The notes under the pieces: model-generated | Told to the model about the DNA's origin: nothing | Seen by the model: the letters and a program-made list of their open reading frames with translations, nothing else | Database searches by the model: none | Shown here: positions 21,018 to 33,877 of the stretch, one piece after another | Position numbering within the stretch: the stretch's first letter is position 1 | How the letters are laid out: each line of letters begins with the position of its first letter | NCBI GenBank assembly: GCA_040954595.2 | Contig: CM082595.2 | Span: 8,662,317-8,726,316, forward strand | DNA: 64,000 bases | Direction of reading: 5' to 3' | DNA from: Balanoglossus misakiensis | Taxonomy: Eukaryota; Animalia; Hemichordata | Program-made: the position numbers and the translations under genes

Positions 21018-24000
21018 TGCATATGGGGATTTCAAGTTGATGATAAATCCCTGGGTTAATACGTGTCCAAAAGCACTGTACTTTGACATTGCTAATGTAA
21101 CGATGACATTGAATATGATTCTTTGCATCAGGGTAAATGGCGTAGCAAGCTTTATGATGCATCAGGGTAGATAGTGATGCAAACACTTCACTTTGACATG
21201 GGTATTAAATGCATATGGGGATTTCAGGTTGTTGAAAAATCTGTGGGTTAATACGTGTCGAAAAGCACTGTCCTTTGACATTGCTAATGCAATGATGACA
21301 TTGAATCTGATTCTTTGCATCAGGGTAAATGGCGTAGCAAGCTTTATGATGCATCAGGGTAGATAGTGATGCAAACACTTTACTTTGACATGGTTGTAAA
21401 ATGCCTACAGGGGGATTTAAAGTTGTCTGTAAATCCCTGGGTTAATACGTGTCCAAAAGCACTGTACTTTGACATTGCTAATGCAACGATGACATTGAAT
21501 CTGATTCTTTGCATCAGGGTAAATGGCGAAGCAAGGTTGATGATGCATCAGGGTAGATAGTGATGCAAGCTCTGCACTTTGACATGGGTATAAAATGCCT
21601 ACTGGGGGATTTAAAGTTGTCTGTAAATCCCTGGGTTAATACGTGGCGGAAAGCACTGTACTTTGACATTGCTAATGCAACGATGACATTGAATCTGATT
21701 CTTTGCATCAGGGTAAATGGCGAAGCAAGGTTGATGATGCATCAGGGTAGATAGTGATGCCAGCTCTGCACTTTGACATGGGTATAAAATGCCTACTGGG
21801 GGATTTAAAGTTGTCTGTAAATCCCTGGGTTAATACGTGGCGGAAAGCACTGTACTTTGACATTGCATATGCAATGGTGACATTGAATGGGATTCTTTGC
21901 ATTAGGGCAAATGGCGAAGCAAGCTCAATGATGCATCAGAGTAGATGGTGATGCAAACTCTGCACTTTCACATGGGTATTTAATGTTAAATGTAAATCCA
22001 TAGGTTAATACGTGGCCAAAAGCACTCTAATTTGACATTGCTAATGCAACGATGACATTGAATCTGATTCTTTGCATCAGGGCAAATGGCGAAGCAAGGT
22101 TGATGATGCATCAGGGTAGATAGTGATGCAATCGCTTCAATTTGACATGGGTATTAAATGCATATGGGGATTTCAAGTTGATGATAAATCCCTGGGTTAA
22201 TACGTGTCCAAAAGCACTGTACTTTGACATTGCTAATGCAACGATGACATTGAATCTGATTCTTTGCATCAGGGTAAATGGCGAAGCAAGGTTGATGATG
22301 CATCAGGGTAGATAGTGATGCAAGCTCTGCACATTGACATGGGTATAAAATGCCTACTGGGGGATTTAAAGTTGTCTGTAAATCCCTGGGTTAATACGTG
22401 GCGGAAAGCACTGTACTTGGACATTGCATATGCAATGGTGACATTGAATGGGATTCTTTGCATTAGGGCAAATGGCGAAGCAAGCTCAATGATGCATCGG
22501 AGTAGATGGTGATGCAAACTCTGCACTTTCACATGGGTATTTAATGTTAAATGTAAATCCATAGGTTAATACGTGGCCAAAAGCACTCTAATTTGACATT
22601 GCTAATGCAACGATGACATTGAATCTGATTCTTTGCATCAGGGCAAATGGCGAAGCAAGGTTGATGATGCATCAGGGTAGATAGTGATGCAATCGCTTCA
22701 ATTTGACATGGGTATTAAATGCATATGGGGATTTCAAGTTGATGATAAATCCCTGGGTTAATACGTGTCCAAAAGCACTGTACTTTGACATTGCTAATGT
22801 AACGATGACATTGAATCTGATTCTTTGCATCAGGGTAAATGGCGTAGCAAGCTTTATGATGCATCAGGGTAGATAGTGATGCAAACACTTCACTTTGACA
22901 TGGGTATTAAATGCATATGGGGATTTCAGGTTGTTGAAAAATCTGTGGGTTAATTCGTGTCGAAAAGCACTGTACTTTGACATTGCTAATGCAATGATGA
23001 CATTGAATCTGATTCTTTGCATCAGGGTAAATGGCGTAGCAAGCTTTATGATGCATCAGGGTAGATAGTGTTGCAAACACTTCACTTTGACATGGGTATA
23101 AAATGCCTACAGGGGGATTTACAGTTGTCTGTAAATCCCTGGGTTAATACGTGTCCAAAAGCACTGTACTTTGACATTGCTAATGCAACGATGACATTGA
23201 ATCTGATTCTTTGCATCAGGGTAAATGGCGAAGCAAGGTTGATTATGCATCAGGGTAGATAGTGATGCAAGCTCTGCACTTTGACATGGGTATAAAATGC
23301 CTACAGGGGGATTTAAAGTTGTCTGTAAATCCCTGGGTTAATACGTGGCGGAAAGCACTGTACTTTGACATTGCATATGCAATGGTGACATTGAATGGGA
23401 TTCTTTGCATTAGGGCAAATGGCGAAGCAAGCTCAATGATGCATCAGAGTAGATGGTGATGCAAACTCTGCACTTTCACATGGGTATTTAATGTTAAATG
23501 TAAATCCATAGGTTAATACGTGGCCAAAAGCACTCTAATTTGACATTGCTAATGCAACGATGACATTGAATCGGATTCTTTGCATCAGGGCAAATGGCGA
23601 AGCAAGGTTGATGATGCATCAAGGTAGATATTGATGCAATCACTTCACTTTGACATGGGTATTAAATGCATATGGGGATTTCAAGTTGATGATAAATCCC
23701 TGGGTTAATACGTGTCCAAAAGCACTGTACTTTGACATTGCTAATGTAACGATGACATTGAATATGATTCTTTGCATCAGGGTAAATGGCGTAGCAAGCT
23801 TTATGATGCATCAGGGTAGATAGTGATGCAAACACTTCACTTTGACATGGGTATTAAATGCATATGGGGATTTCAGGTTGTTGAAAAATCTGTGGGTTAA
23901 TACGTGTCGAAAAGCACTGTCCTTTGACATTGCTAATGCAATGATGACATTGAATCTGATTCTTTGCATCAGGGTAAATGGCGTAGCAAGCTTTATGATG

Positions 24001-27000
24001 CATCAGGGTAGATAGTGATGCAAACACTTTACTTTGACATGGGTGTAAAATGCCTACAGGGGGATTTAAAGTTGTCTGTAAATCCCTGGGTTAATACGTG
24101 TCCAAAAGCACTGTACTTTGACATTGCTAATGCAACGATGACATTGAATCTGATTCTTTGCATCAGGGTAAATGGCGAAGCAAGGTTGATGATGCATCAG
24201 GGTAGATAGTGATGCAAGCTCTGCACTTTGACATGGGTATAAAATGCCTACTGGGGGATTTAAAGTTGTCTGTAAATCCCTGGGTTAATACGTGGCGGAA
24301 AGCACTGTACTTTGACATTGCTAATGCAACGATGACATTGAATCTGATTCTTTGCATCAGGGTAAATGGCGAAGCAAGGTTGATGATGCATCAGGGTAGA
24401 TAGTGATGCCAGCTCTGCACTTTGACATGGGTATAAAATGCCTACTGGGGGATTTAAAGTTGTCTGTAAATCCCTGGGTTAATACGTGGCGGAAAGCACT
24501 GTACTTTGACATTGCATATGCAATGGTGACATTGAATGGGATTCTTTGCATTAGGGCAAATGGCGAAGCAAGCTCAATGATGCATCAGAGTAGATGGTGA
24601 TGCAAACTCTGCACTTTCACATGGGTATTTAATGTTAAATGTAAATCCATAGGTTAATATGTGGCCAAAAGCACTCTAATTTGACATTGCTAATGCAACG
24701 ATGACATTGAATCTGATTCTTTGCATCAGGGCAAATGGCGAAGCAAGGTTGATGATGCATCAGGGTAGATAGTGATGCAATCACTTCAATTTGACATGGG
24801 TATTAAATGCATATGGGGATTTCAAGTTGATGATAAATCCCTGGGTTAATACGTGTCCAAAAGCACTGTACTTTGACATTGCTAATGTAACGATGACATT
24901 GAATCTGATTATTTGCATCAGGGTAAATGGCGTAGCAAGCTTTATGATGCATCAGGGTAGATAGTGATGCAAACACTTCACTTTGACATGGGTATTAAAT
25001 GCATATGGGGATTTCAGGTTGTTGAAAAATCTGTGGGTTAATACGTGTCGAAAAGCACTGTACTTTGACATTGCTAATGCAATGATGACATTGAATCTGA
25101 TTCTTTGCATCAGGGTAAATGGCGTAGCAAGCTTTATGATGCATCAGGGTAGATAGTGTTGCAAACACTTTACTTTGACATGGGTATAAAATGCCTACAG
25201 GGGGATTTAAAGTTGTCTGTAAATCCCTGGGTTAATACGTGTCCAAAAGCACTGTACTTTGACATTGCTAATGCAACGATGACATTGAATCTGATTCTTT
25301 GCATCAGGGTAAATGGCGAAGCAAGGTTGATTATGCATCAGGGTAGATAGTGATGCAAGCTCTGCACTTTGACATGGGTATAAAATGCCTACAGGGGGAT
25401 TTAAAGTTGTCTGTAAATCCCTGGGTTAATACGTGGCGGAAAGCACTGTACTTTGACATTGCATATGCAATGGTGACATTGAATGGGATTCTTTGCATTA
25501 GGGCAAATGGCGAAGCAAGCTCAATGATGCATCAGAGTAGATGGTGATGCAAACTCAGCACTTTCACATGGGTATTAAATGAATATGGGGATTTCAAGTT
25601 GATGATAAATCCCTGGGTTAATACGTGTCCAAAAGCACTGTACTTTGACATTGCTAATGCAACGATGACATTGAATCTGATTCTTTGCATCAGGGTAAAT
25701 GGCGTAGCAAGCTTTATGACGCATCAGGGTAGATAGTGATGCAAACACTTCACTTTGACATGGGTATTAAATGCATATGGGGATTTCAGGTTGTTGAAAA
25801 ATCCCTGGGTTAATACGTGGCTGAAAGCACTGTACTTTGACATTGCATATGCAATGGTGACATTGAATGGGATTCTTTGCATTAGGGCAAATGGCGAAGC
25901 AAGCTCAATGATGCATCAGAGTAGATGGTGATGCAAACTCTGCACTTTGACATGGGTATTAAATGCATATGGGGATTTCAGGTTGTTGAAAAATCTGTGG
26001 GTTAATACGTGTCCAAAAGCATTGTACTTTGACATTGCTAATGCAATGATGACATTGAATCTGATTCCTTGCATCAGGGTAAATGGCGAAGCAAGGTTGA
26101 TGATGCATCAGGGTAGATAGTGATGCAATCACTTCACTTTGACATGGGTATTAAATGAATATGGGGATTTCAAGTTGATGATAAATCCCTGGGTTAATAC
26201 GTGTCCAAAAGCACTGTACTTTGACATTGCTAATGTAACGATGACATTGAATCTGATTCTTTGCATCAGGGCAAATGGCGAAGCAAGGTTGATGATGCAT
26301 CAGGATAGATAGTGATGCAATCACTTCACTTTGACATGGGTATTAAATGCATATGGGGATTTCAGGTTGTTGAAAAATCTGTGGGTTAATACATGTCCAA
26401 AAGCACTGTACTTTGACATTGCTAATGCAACGATGACATTGAATCTGATTCTTTGCATCAGGGTAAATGGCGTAGCAAGCTTTATGACGCATCAGGGTAG
26501 ATAGTGATGCAAACACTTCACTTTGACATGGGTATTAAATGCATATGGGGATTTCAGGTTGTTGAAAAATCTGTGGGTTAATACGTGTCCAAAAGCACTG
26601 TACTTTGACATTGCTAATGCAATGATGACATTGAATCTGATTCTTTGCATCAGGGTAAATGGCGTAGCAAGCTTTATGACGCATCAGGGTAGATAGTGAT
26701 GCAAACACTTCACTTTGACATGGGTATAAAATGCCTACAGGGGGATTTAAAGTTGTCTGTAAATCCCTGGGTTAATACGTGTCCAAAAGCACTGTACTTT
26801 GACATTGCTAATGCAGCGATGACATTGAATCTGATTCTTTGCATCAGGGTAAATGGCGAAGCAAGGTTGATGATGCATCAGGGTAGATAGTGATGCAAGC
26901 TCTGCACTTTGACATGGGTATAAAATGCCTACAGGGGGATTTAAAGTTGTCTGTAAATCCCTGGGTTAATACGTGGCTGAAAGCACTGTACTTTGACATT

Positions 27001-29236
27001 GCATATGCAATGGTGACATTGAATGGGATTCTTTGCATTAGGGCAAATGGCGAAGCAAGCTCAATGATGCATCAGAGTAGATGGTGATGCAAACTCTGCA
27101 CTTTGACATGGGTATTAAATGCATATGGGGATTTCAGGTTGTTGAAAAATCTGTGGGTTAATACGTGTCCAAAAGCATTGTACTTTGACATTGCTAATGC
27201 AATGATGACATTGAATCTGATTCTTTGCATCAGGGTAAATGGCGAAGCAAGGTTGATGATGCATCAGGGTAGATAGTGATGCAATCACTTCACTTTGACA
27301 TGGGTATTAAATGAATATGGGGATTTCAAGTTGATGATAAATCCCTGGGTTAATACGTGTCCAAAAGCACTGTACTTTGACATTGCTAATGTAACGATGA
27401 CATTGAATCTGATTCTTTGCATCAGGGCAAATGGCGAAGCAAGGTTGATGATGCATCAGGATAGATAGTGATGCAATCACTTCACTTTGACATGGGTATT
27501 AAATGCATATGGGGATTTCAAGTTGATGATAAATCCCTGGGTTAATACGTGTCCAAAAGCACTGTACTTTGACATTGCTAATGTAACGATGACATTGAAT
27601 CTGATTCTTTGCATCAGGGTAAATGGCGTAGCAAGCTTTATGATGCATCAGGGTAGATAGTGATGCAAGCTCTGCACTTTGACATGGGTATAAAATGCCT
27701 ACAGGGGGATTTAAAGGTGACTGTAAATCCCTGGGTTAATACGTGGCGGAAAGCACTGTACTTTGACATTGCATATGCAATGGTGACATTGAATGGGATT
27801 CTTTGCATTAGGGCAAATGGCGAAGCAAGCTCAATGATGCATCAGAGTAGATGGTGATGCAAACTCTGCACTTTCACATGGGTATTTAATGTTAAATGTA
27901 AATCCATAGGGTAATACTTGGCCAAAAGCACTCTAATTTGACATTGCTAATGCAACGATGACATTGAATCTGATTCTTTGCATCAGGGCAAATGGCGAAG
28001 CAAGCTTTATGATGCATCAGGGTAGATAGTGATGCAAACACTTCACTTTGACATGGGTATTAAATGCATATGGGGATTTCAAGTAGATGATAAATCCCTG
28101 GGTTAATACGTGTCCAAAAGCACTGTACTTTGACATTGCTAATGCAACGATGACATTGAATCTGATTCTTTGCATCAGGGTAAATGGCGAAGCAAGGTTG
28201 ATGATGCATCAGGGTAGATAGTGATGCAAGCTCTGCACTTGAACTTGGGTATAAAATGCCTACAGGGGGATTTAAAGGTGACTGTAAATCCCCAGTTTAA
28301 TACGTGGCGGAAAGCACTGTACTTTGACATTGCTAATGCAATGGTGACATTGAATGTAATTCTTTGCGTTAGGGCAAATGGCGAAGCAAGCTCAATGATG
28401 CATCAGAGTAGATGGTGATGCAAACACTTCACTTTGACATGGGTATTAAATGCATATGGGGATTTCAAGTTGTTGAAAAATCCGTAGGTTAATACGTGGC
28501 GGAAAGCACTGTACTTTGACATTGCTAATGCAATGGTGCCATTGAATGTGATTCTTTGCATTAGGGCAAATGGCGAAGCAAGCTTTATGATGCATCAGAG
28601 TAGATGGTGATGCAAGCTCTGCACTTTGACATAGGTTTTCAATGCATATGCATGGGTATTTAAAATTGACTGTAAATCCCTGGGTTAATACATGGCCAAA
28701 AGCACTGTAATTGCTAATGCAACAGTGATTTTAATTCTGATCTTTTGCATCAGGGTAAATGGCGAAGCAAGCTTGATGATGCATCTGGGAAGATGGTGTT
28801 TCAAGCCCTTCACTTTGACATTGGAATATAATGCATAAGTGGATTTAAAGTTGATTGTAAATGCCCAGTTTAATACGTGTCCAAAAGCACTGTACTTTGA
28901 CATTGCTAATGCAACGATGACATTGAATCTGATTCTTTGCATCAGGGCAAATGGCGAAGCAAGGTTGATGATGCATCAGGGTAGATAGTGATGCAATCAC
29001 TTCACTTTGACATGGGTATTAAATGCATATGTGGATTTCAAGTTGATTGTAAATGCCCAGTTTAATACGTGTCCAATTGCACTGTACTTCGACATTGCTA
29101 ATGCAACGATGACATTGAATCTGATTCTTTGCATCAGGGCAAATGGCGAAGCAAGCTCAATGATGCATCAGAGTAGATGGTGATGCAAGCTCTGCACTTT
29201 GACATAGGTATTTAATGCATATGCATGGGTATTTAA
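21018..29236. repeat. Satellite A, right arm; more diverged after about 28200
   Basis: Resumes in register after the TSD; 2649-bp higher-order offset (21366/24015, 21560/24209, 21754/24403); 1156-bp offset (25921/27077). Confidence 0.98.
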
Positions 29237-30014
29237 GATGGGTCCCCCGGTTCTTTTTGCTCGTTGCTATGGGCCTTTGTAGGACATTACACCCCGATTT
29301 GAGTCTAACACGGGGCCGGTAACTAGTTAAAAATCTGCACGATTGTGAGCGCGCGCCCCCTGACGCCATTGATATGCAAATTAGCTAGGTCAAATTTCAA
29401 AAGCCTAAGGCTTTTTATTCCGTGACCTCAAAAACGAACTTGATACGTATTCATTAGTTGCTTGAACCAGGGAAGATCGTGACGGATTTTGATTTCGAAT
29501 ATTATCGTTGTATCCTACGATTTCAGCATACCCGTACCACACCTGAAAAAGCCATCGATTTTGGGTGATTTTGGACACACTCTTCCACCGGTATCGCTTC
29601 TTAGCACGACGAAAACCGAAAAAACGATCCGTCACACTGTGCGGAAGTGCGTTCTCAACAAGCAGGTCAAATTTGACTGGCGTACGTGGCCTATGAAAAA
29701 AGCCTTAGGGATTTTCGTGAACGGTACAAAATCTCTGTGTACAAAACATTGGATTTTTAGCGTTCGATCCAGTTACTCTGGTTACAGGACGCGCACGCCA
29801 TCGCTGACCGCTGCTTTGCCGTATTAGCGTGGCGGCCTATGACCGGGCGGTAGCTGCCGTAAACATACTTGGACAGGGGGTGTGCACACAATCGTGTGTA
29901 TTTTTAACAAGTTACAAGCCCCTTGTCGGACGTTCATAACGGTTTCGATCAAAATTGAGTGTAGTGTCCCATAAAGGCCCATAGCAGCGAGCAAAAAGAT
30001 ACGGGGGACCCATC
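29237..30014. mobile_element. 778-bp non-autonomous DNA transposon (MITE), Kolobok-like
   Basis: About 65-bp imperfect TIRs GATGGGTCCCCCG..TCTTTTTGCTCG.TGCTATGGGCCTTT.T.GGACA.TACAC, TTAA on both sides (29233-29236, 30015-30018); purine-purine termini with TTAA fit Kolobok rather than piggyBac (CC..GG). No transposase ORF. Confidence 0.8.
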
Positions 30015-30066
30015 TTAAAGCATGTTGAGATTTATCGTGTAATGTGCTATATAAGTAATAAATATT

Positions 30067-30161
30067 GTGTACAATAACTGGGAGCTGGGATCGAGGATGT
30101 GGGAGTTGGTCCTGGGACGAGGCTACCTCGTGGTTTTTTGCCCAGACGGACAGCGGACATT
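30067..30161 (+). repeat. Split direct repeat A1
   Basis: GTGTACAATAAC then GGAGCTGGGATCGAGG...CAGCGGACATT, matching 33990-34106. Confidence 0.92.
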
Positions 30162-30233
30162 TTGTATGACGCTCGCCGAAACTGCTTTAATTTCGATCTT
30201 TCCCGGACATACCCCCAATAGTCACCAGTTACA

Positions 30234-31229
30234 ATGTCAGAAGATTACAGCTTTGTTGAATGGTGTGAAGCGGCGGGTCTTTCAAAAGACACTATCAGCT
30301 CACTAACCACCTCCCAGGTCACATCCTCCGAAGTACTGTAGTGCCTCAGCGACCAAGACATTGTCGACCTACAACTACACATCGGTCAACATGGACTGCT
30401 TCGCCAGTTGCGAAACAAACTATGCTCTCAAAAAGCGGAATCTAAGCCCGTGGACACGCCGAAGCCCGCCGGCGAGGCCACCAAAGAGGTAACCACACAA
30501 GACTTGGCAAAAAACAAGGCACTGAATGAGCTCCTCGAAACCCTAGGCAACGATGCCCTCAAAGACGTCCTGTCCGACCAACCACAGGCCACAAACGCAA
30601 AGCCAGCCCCCGGGAAAGGTGAGCGAAAACCCCTACTAATTCCGGACTATGTCACCACGAAAAAGGGTTCGTTCGATCAACCAGACGAAACTGAACTGGC
30701 CGCCGACGAAGACACAAAATTAGTTATGCGAACAGCAAAACAACGACCGCGACCGGACCAAGTTTCACTGCCACAGTGGATATCAGCCAATGCCCGCATT
30801 TTAAAGGCACTGATCGCCCGCGGTATGTCCACGGAAGAGACACTGGCATATCTCGATCATACAATTAATATTGGTGACTACACTCAATCATTCACAATCC
30901 CATCGGTCCTGACTTACGATCACGAGTGCAGGAAAAAGCAGGCTGCCGATTCGCTCGCGTGGGTTGCCGTAGACCTTCACCTGTCACTCTATCACCTTGA
31001 TGAGCGGCAAGTCGCGCCTCAGCAAAAAGGGAAAAATACCACAGGCAACTCCAAAGGTCGCAGTTATGATTCGAAAGGCTAGGAAATTTGCTTCGATTTC
31101 CAAAACCCACCGGGCTGCAACCTACACCGCACCTACTGTCGTTTTGCGCACATATGCATCGAGGACGGGTGCCACAAAGATCACCCACAACACCGCCACA
31201 AATCGCTAACTTCGAACAATCATGCCTAG
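30234..31229 (+). pseudogene. gag: Ngaro ORF1 (Gag-like): SAM-like N-terminus, C-terminal CCCH and CCHH zinc fingers; two internal TAG
   Basis: Single frame from ATG 30234 through TAG 30339-30341 and TAG 31080-31082; the listed 30408-31082 ORF is its middle. C-terminus EICFDFQNPPGCNLHRTYCRFAHICIEDGCHKDHPQHRH. Confidence 0.8.
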
Positions 31230-32930
31230 GATAAGGTTGCTAGCCCTCTTACTGATCACCTGGCAACGTGGAATGATGAACTGGAAAATGACATGGATCG
31301 CGACTTCATACTCAACGGTTTAAAATTTGGTTTCGATATCATTACCCCTGGTACCCCCCTTCAAAACGTGGACAGAAAAAAACTATGCGTCATGCTCTGA
31401 CCCTGCTAATCGCAAGGCAGTCGAGGAACAAATTATCCATGAGGTTGATGTGGGTAATTACCGTGTCACAGCGGAGAAGCCTCAAATAATTAGCAGTTTA
31501 GGTGCCATCCCCAAGAAAAACTCTGACAAAGTCAGACTCATACACGACTGCAGCCGCCCAGTAGGAGGCGGTGTCAACGCGTACGCTTCTACTTCAACTT
31601 TTAAATATGAAACTATAGATCACGCGGTGCAACTGTGCAAAGTTGGTTCATATCTCGCGAAAGTGGACTTGAAGTCAGCGTACCGTTCGGTCCCTATAAG
31701 CACGGACTCGCAGCGAGCTACAGGTCTCCGCTACAAATTTTCAGGACAGAATACCTCTACTTATATGGTGGACACCAGGCTACCATTCGGGGCAGCCAAA
31801 AGCCCAGAAATTTTCACCCGCATAACGCAAAGCGTCACCAGAATGATGTGCAGAAAAGGGTACCAGGCGGTAATTGTTTATCTTGATGATTTTCTGATTA
31901 TAGCGGACTCCAAATTTGCTTGCGAGCAAGCATTTCTGGCTTTATTACAACTTTTACAGAACCTTGGCTTCACAATAAACTGGGACAAAGTGGTAAACCC
32001 AACACAGCAGCTGACATTTCTTGGCATAGAGATAAATGCACGCACACGGACGCTTTCCCTCAATAAGGGCAAATTACAGGACTTGAGCGACCTTTTGCAA
32101 CACTGGCTTCCTAAGCGGCGAACAACCAAACGCGAACTCCAACAACTACTTGGCAAACTCAACTGGGCAGCACGGGTTATTCGCGGCGGACGCACATTTT
32201 TGAGACGTCTTATTGACTTGTCAAACTCAGTTTCACAGCAGTCTCACCACATACGCCTTCACAGGCACGCGAGAGCGGACATCCAATGGTGGACAAATCT
32301 GAGCAAAATTTTCAATGGTACGGCTTTCTTCATTGAGGAGACTCCGTTGCCCCAACAGGTTTTCACCACTGATGCATGCGCAATAGCGGGAGCAGGTATT
32401 TTCGCGAATGACTGGTTTTATACACAGTGGTCGGCCGACCACCCTATCTTGGCAGACATGCACATCAACTTACAGGAACTGTATACAGTCCTGATTGCAT
32501 GCAGGCGATGGTGTTGTTTCTGGGACAAACGCCACATAGTGGTATATACAGACAATACCACAACCATGTACGCCATTAACTCTGGTACATCCCGCAACAA
32601 AGCGGCTATGGAATGGCTTCGCGAGTTGTTCTGGCTGTCGGCACTATTTAATTTCCACATCACAGCCCGATACGTGAGCACCAAGGACAACAGCGCAGAC
32701 TCCTTATCGCGTTTACACTCTGCCAAACACTACTTCACAGCAGTGAACCTTCTCGCCAATCACCAGCTACACCCGCTAAGAGATTGGTATCGCCATATGA
32801 CGGATGCTTCTTACTCTCTTCTACTTCAGGGCCTGTGCAGCAACAGTTACACCAGCTGGATATGGACATCGGCAAATACAAGCACGCAGCATATGCAGAA
32901 TCAACAAAGAAAACATACAGCTCTCAAACG
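31230..32930 (+). pseudogene. pol: Ngaro RT/RNase H, frameshifted at A7 run 31376-31382
   Basis: ..W.DEL..D.DRDFILNGLKFGFDI in the gag frame, then KVRLIHDCS, KVDLKSAYR, LPFG, YLDD, TDAC, EL, TDN, ADSLSR in the listed 31327 frame. 3' limit approximate. Confidence 0.88.
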
Positions 32931-33831
32931 TACTGCCTACCTCCGGTTTTGTCTCTACTTCGGCCTCAGGCCTGTGCCCGGCACGCAACTCACCGTCTGC
33001 AGATACATTGTCTTCCTGGCTCGGTCACTAAAACCTAGTAGCCTCCCAGGATATTTGAACATTATTAGACTCTTACATGCTGAAGCTGGCTACGCCAACC
33101 CTTTAGAGAACAACTGGCTCCTTTGTATTTTGAAGCGGGGCATAGCTAGGACTCACAGGGTCCCACCCAGCCAAAAACTGCCAATCTCGCCTTCAATACT
33201 GAAGGACATTCACTCACACCTGGATCTGTCAATCCCCTTCAATGCCACATTTTGGTGCGCTTGTCTTTTCGCATTTTTCACCTTCGCCAGAAAGTCCACA
33301 TTGTTGTTAAAAGATCAAACACTGCCAAATTCCAGTAAGTAATTGCGCAGAGATGATGTGTCCGTTCACAACGGTCTGGCTACCATTACGGTCCGCCACA
33401 CAAAAACTATCCAGTATGGCCAACGAGTACTAGAGTTGCCCCTTCAACAAATTGCCAACTCCTGCCTATGTCCGGTGGCAGCTTTCCACCAGATGCTTCA
33501 TCTCTCCCCATCAGAGGAACCTCATACCCATTTATTTTCATATCGACCATCAGTCAATGCACCCACATCCTGCCCTCAGGTTCTCACTCATTCAAAGTTT
33601 ACAAAGACACTCAGACTAGTCCTGAGCAATTGTGGCTGCAAACCATCCCTGTATTCGGGTCATTCATTTCGCAGGGGAGGGGCAACATTTGCGGTGAACT
33701 TGGGTATTCCCCCTCTTCTCATCAAATTACAAGGCGACTGGAGCTCAAATGCCTTCAAACGCTATACTGTCATTTCCTCGGAAACCAAATGTAGAGTCGC
33801 CAAATCCCTGGCGTTAGCCTTATCAGATTAG
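32784..33831 (+). pseudogene. Tyrosine recombinase, overlapping the end of pol; one frameshift (about 32927) and one TAA (33340-33342)
   Basis: N-terminal AYAESTKKTYSS in the 32784 frame continues as AYLRFC in the other frame; catalytic residues FARKS (R), HTKT (K), HSFRRGGAT (HxxR), GDWSS, KRY (Y). Start approximate. Confidence 0.9.
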
Positions 33832-33877
33832 TAAGGGCGCTAGCACGCACTGCCTGTGTTGGGGGTATTGTTTGGCG

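Noticed and set aside
228-28942. Dozens of 64-65 aa ORFs (MMQALHFDMGIKC...) in satellite A
   Set aside because: They track the 194-bp monomer class, mostly start at GTG, shift frame each unit and are broken in the 192/175 classes; not a gene family.
1-29236. Hammerhead ribozyme in the satellite (as in newt or schistosome satellites)
   Set aside because: Minus strand gives CTGATGC, not CTGATGA, and I could not build the GAAA/stem II core; satellite B has only TTGATGA. An Infernal/RNAMotif scan would settle it.
30081-30161. HDV-like ribozyme in Ngaro repeat A
   Set aside because: Stems exist but I could not assemble the nested double pseudoknot and catalytic C by eye.
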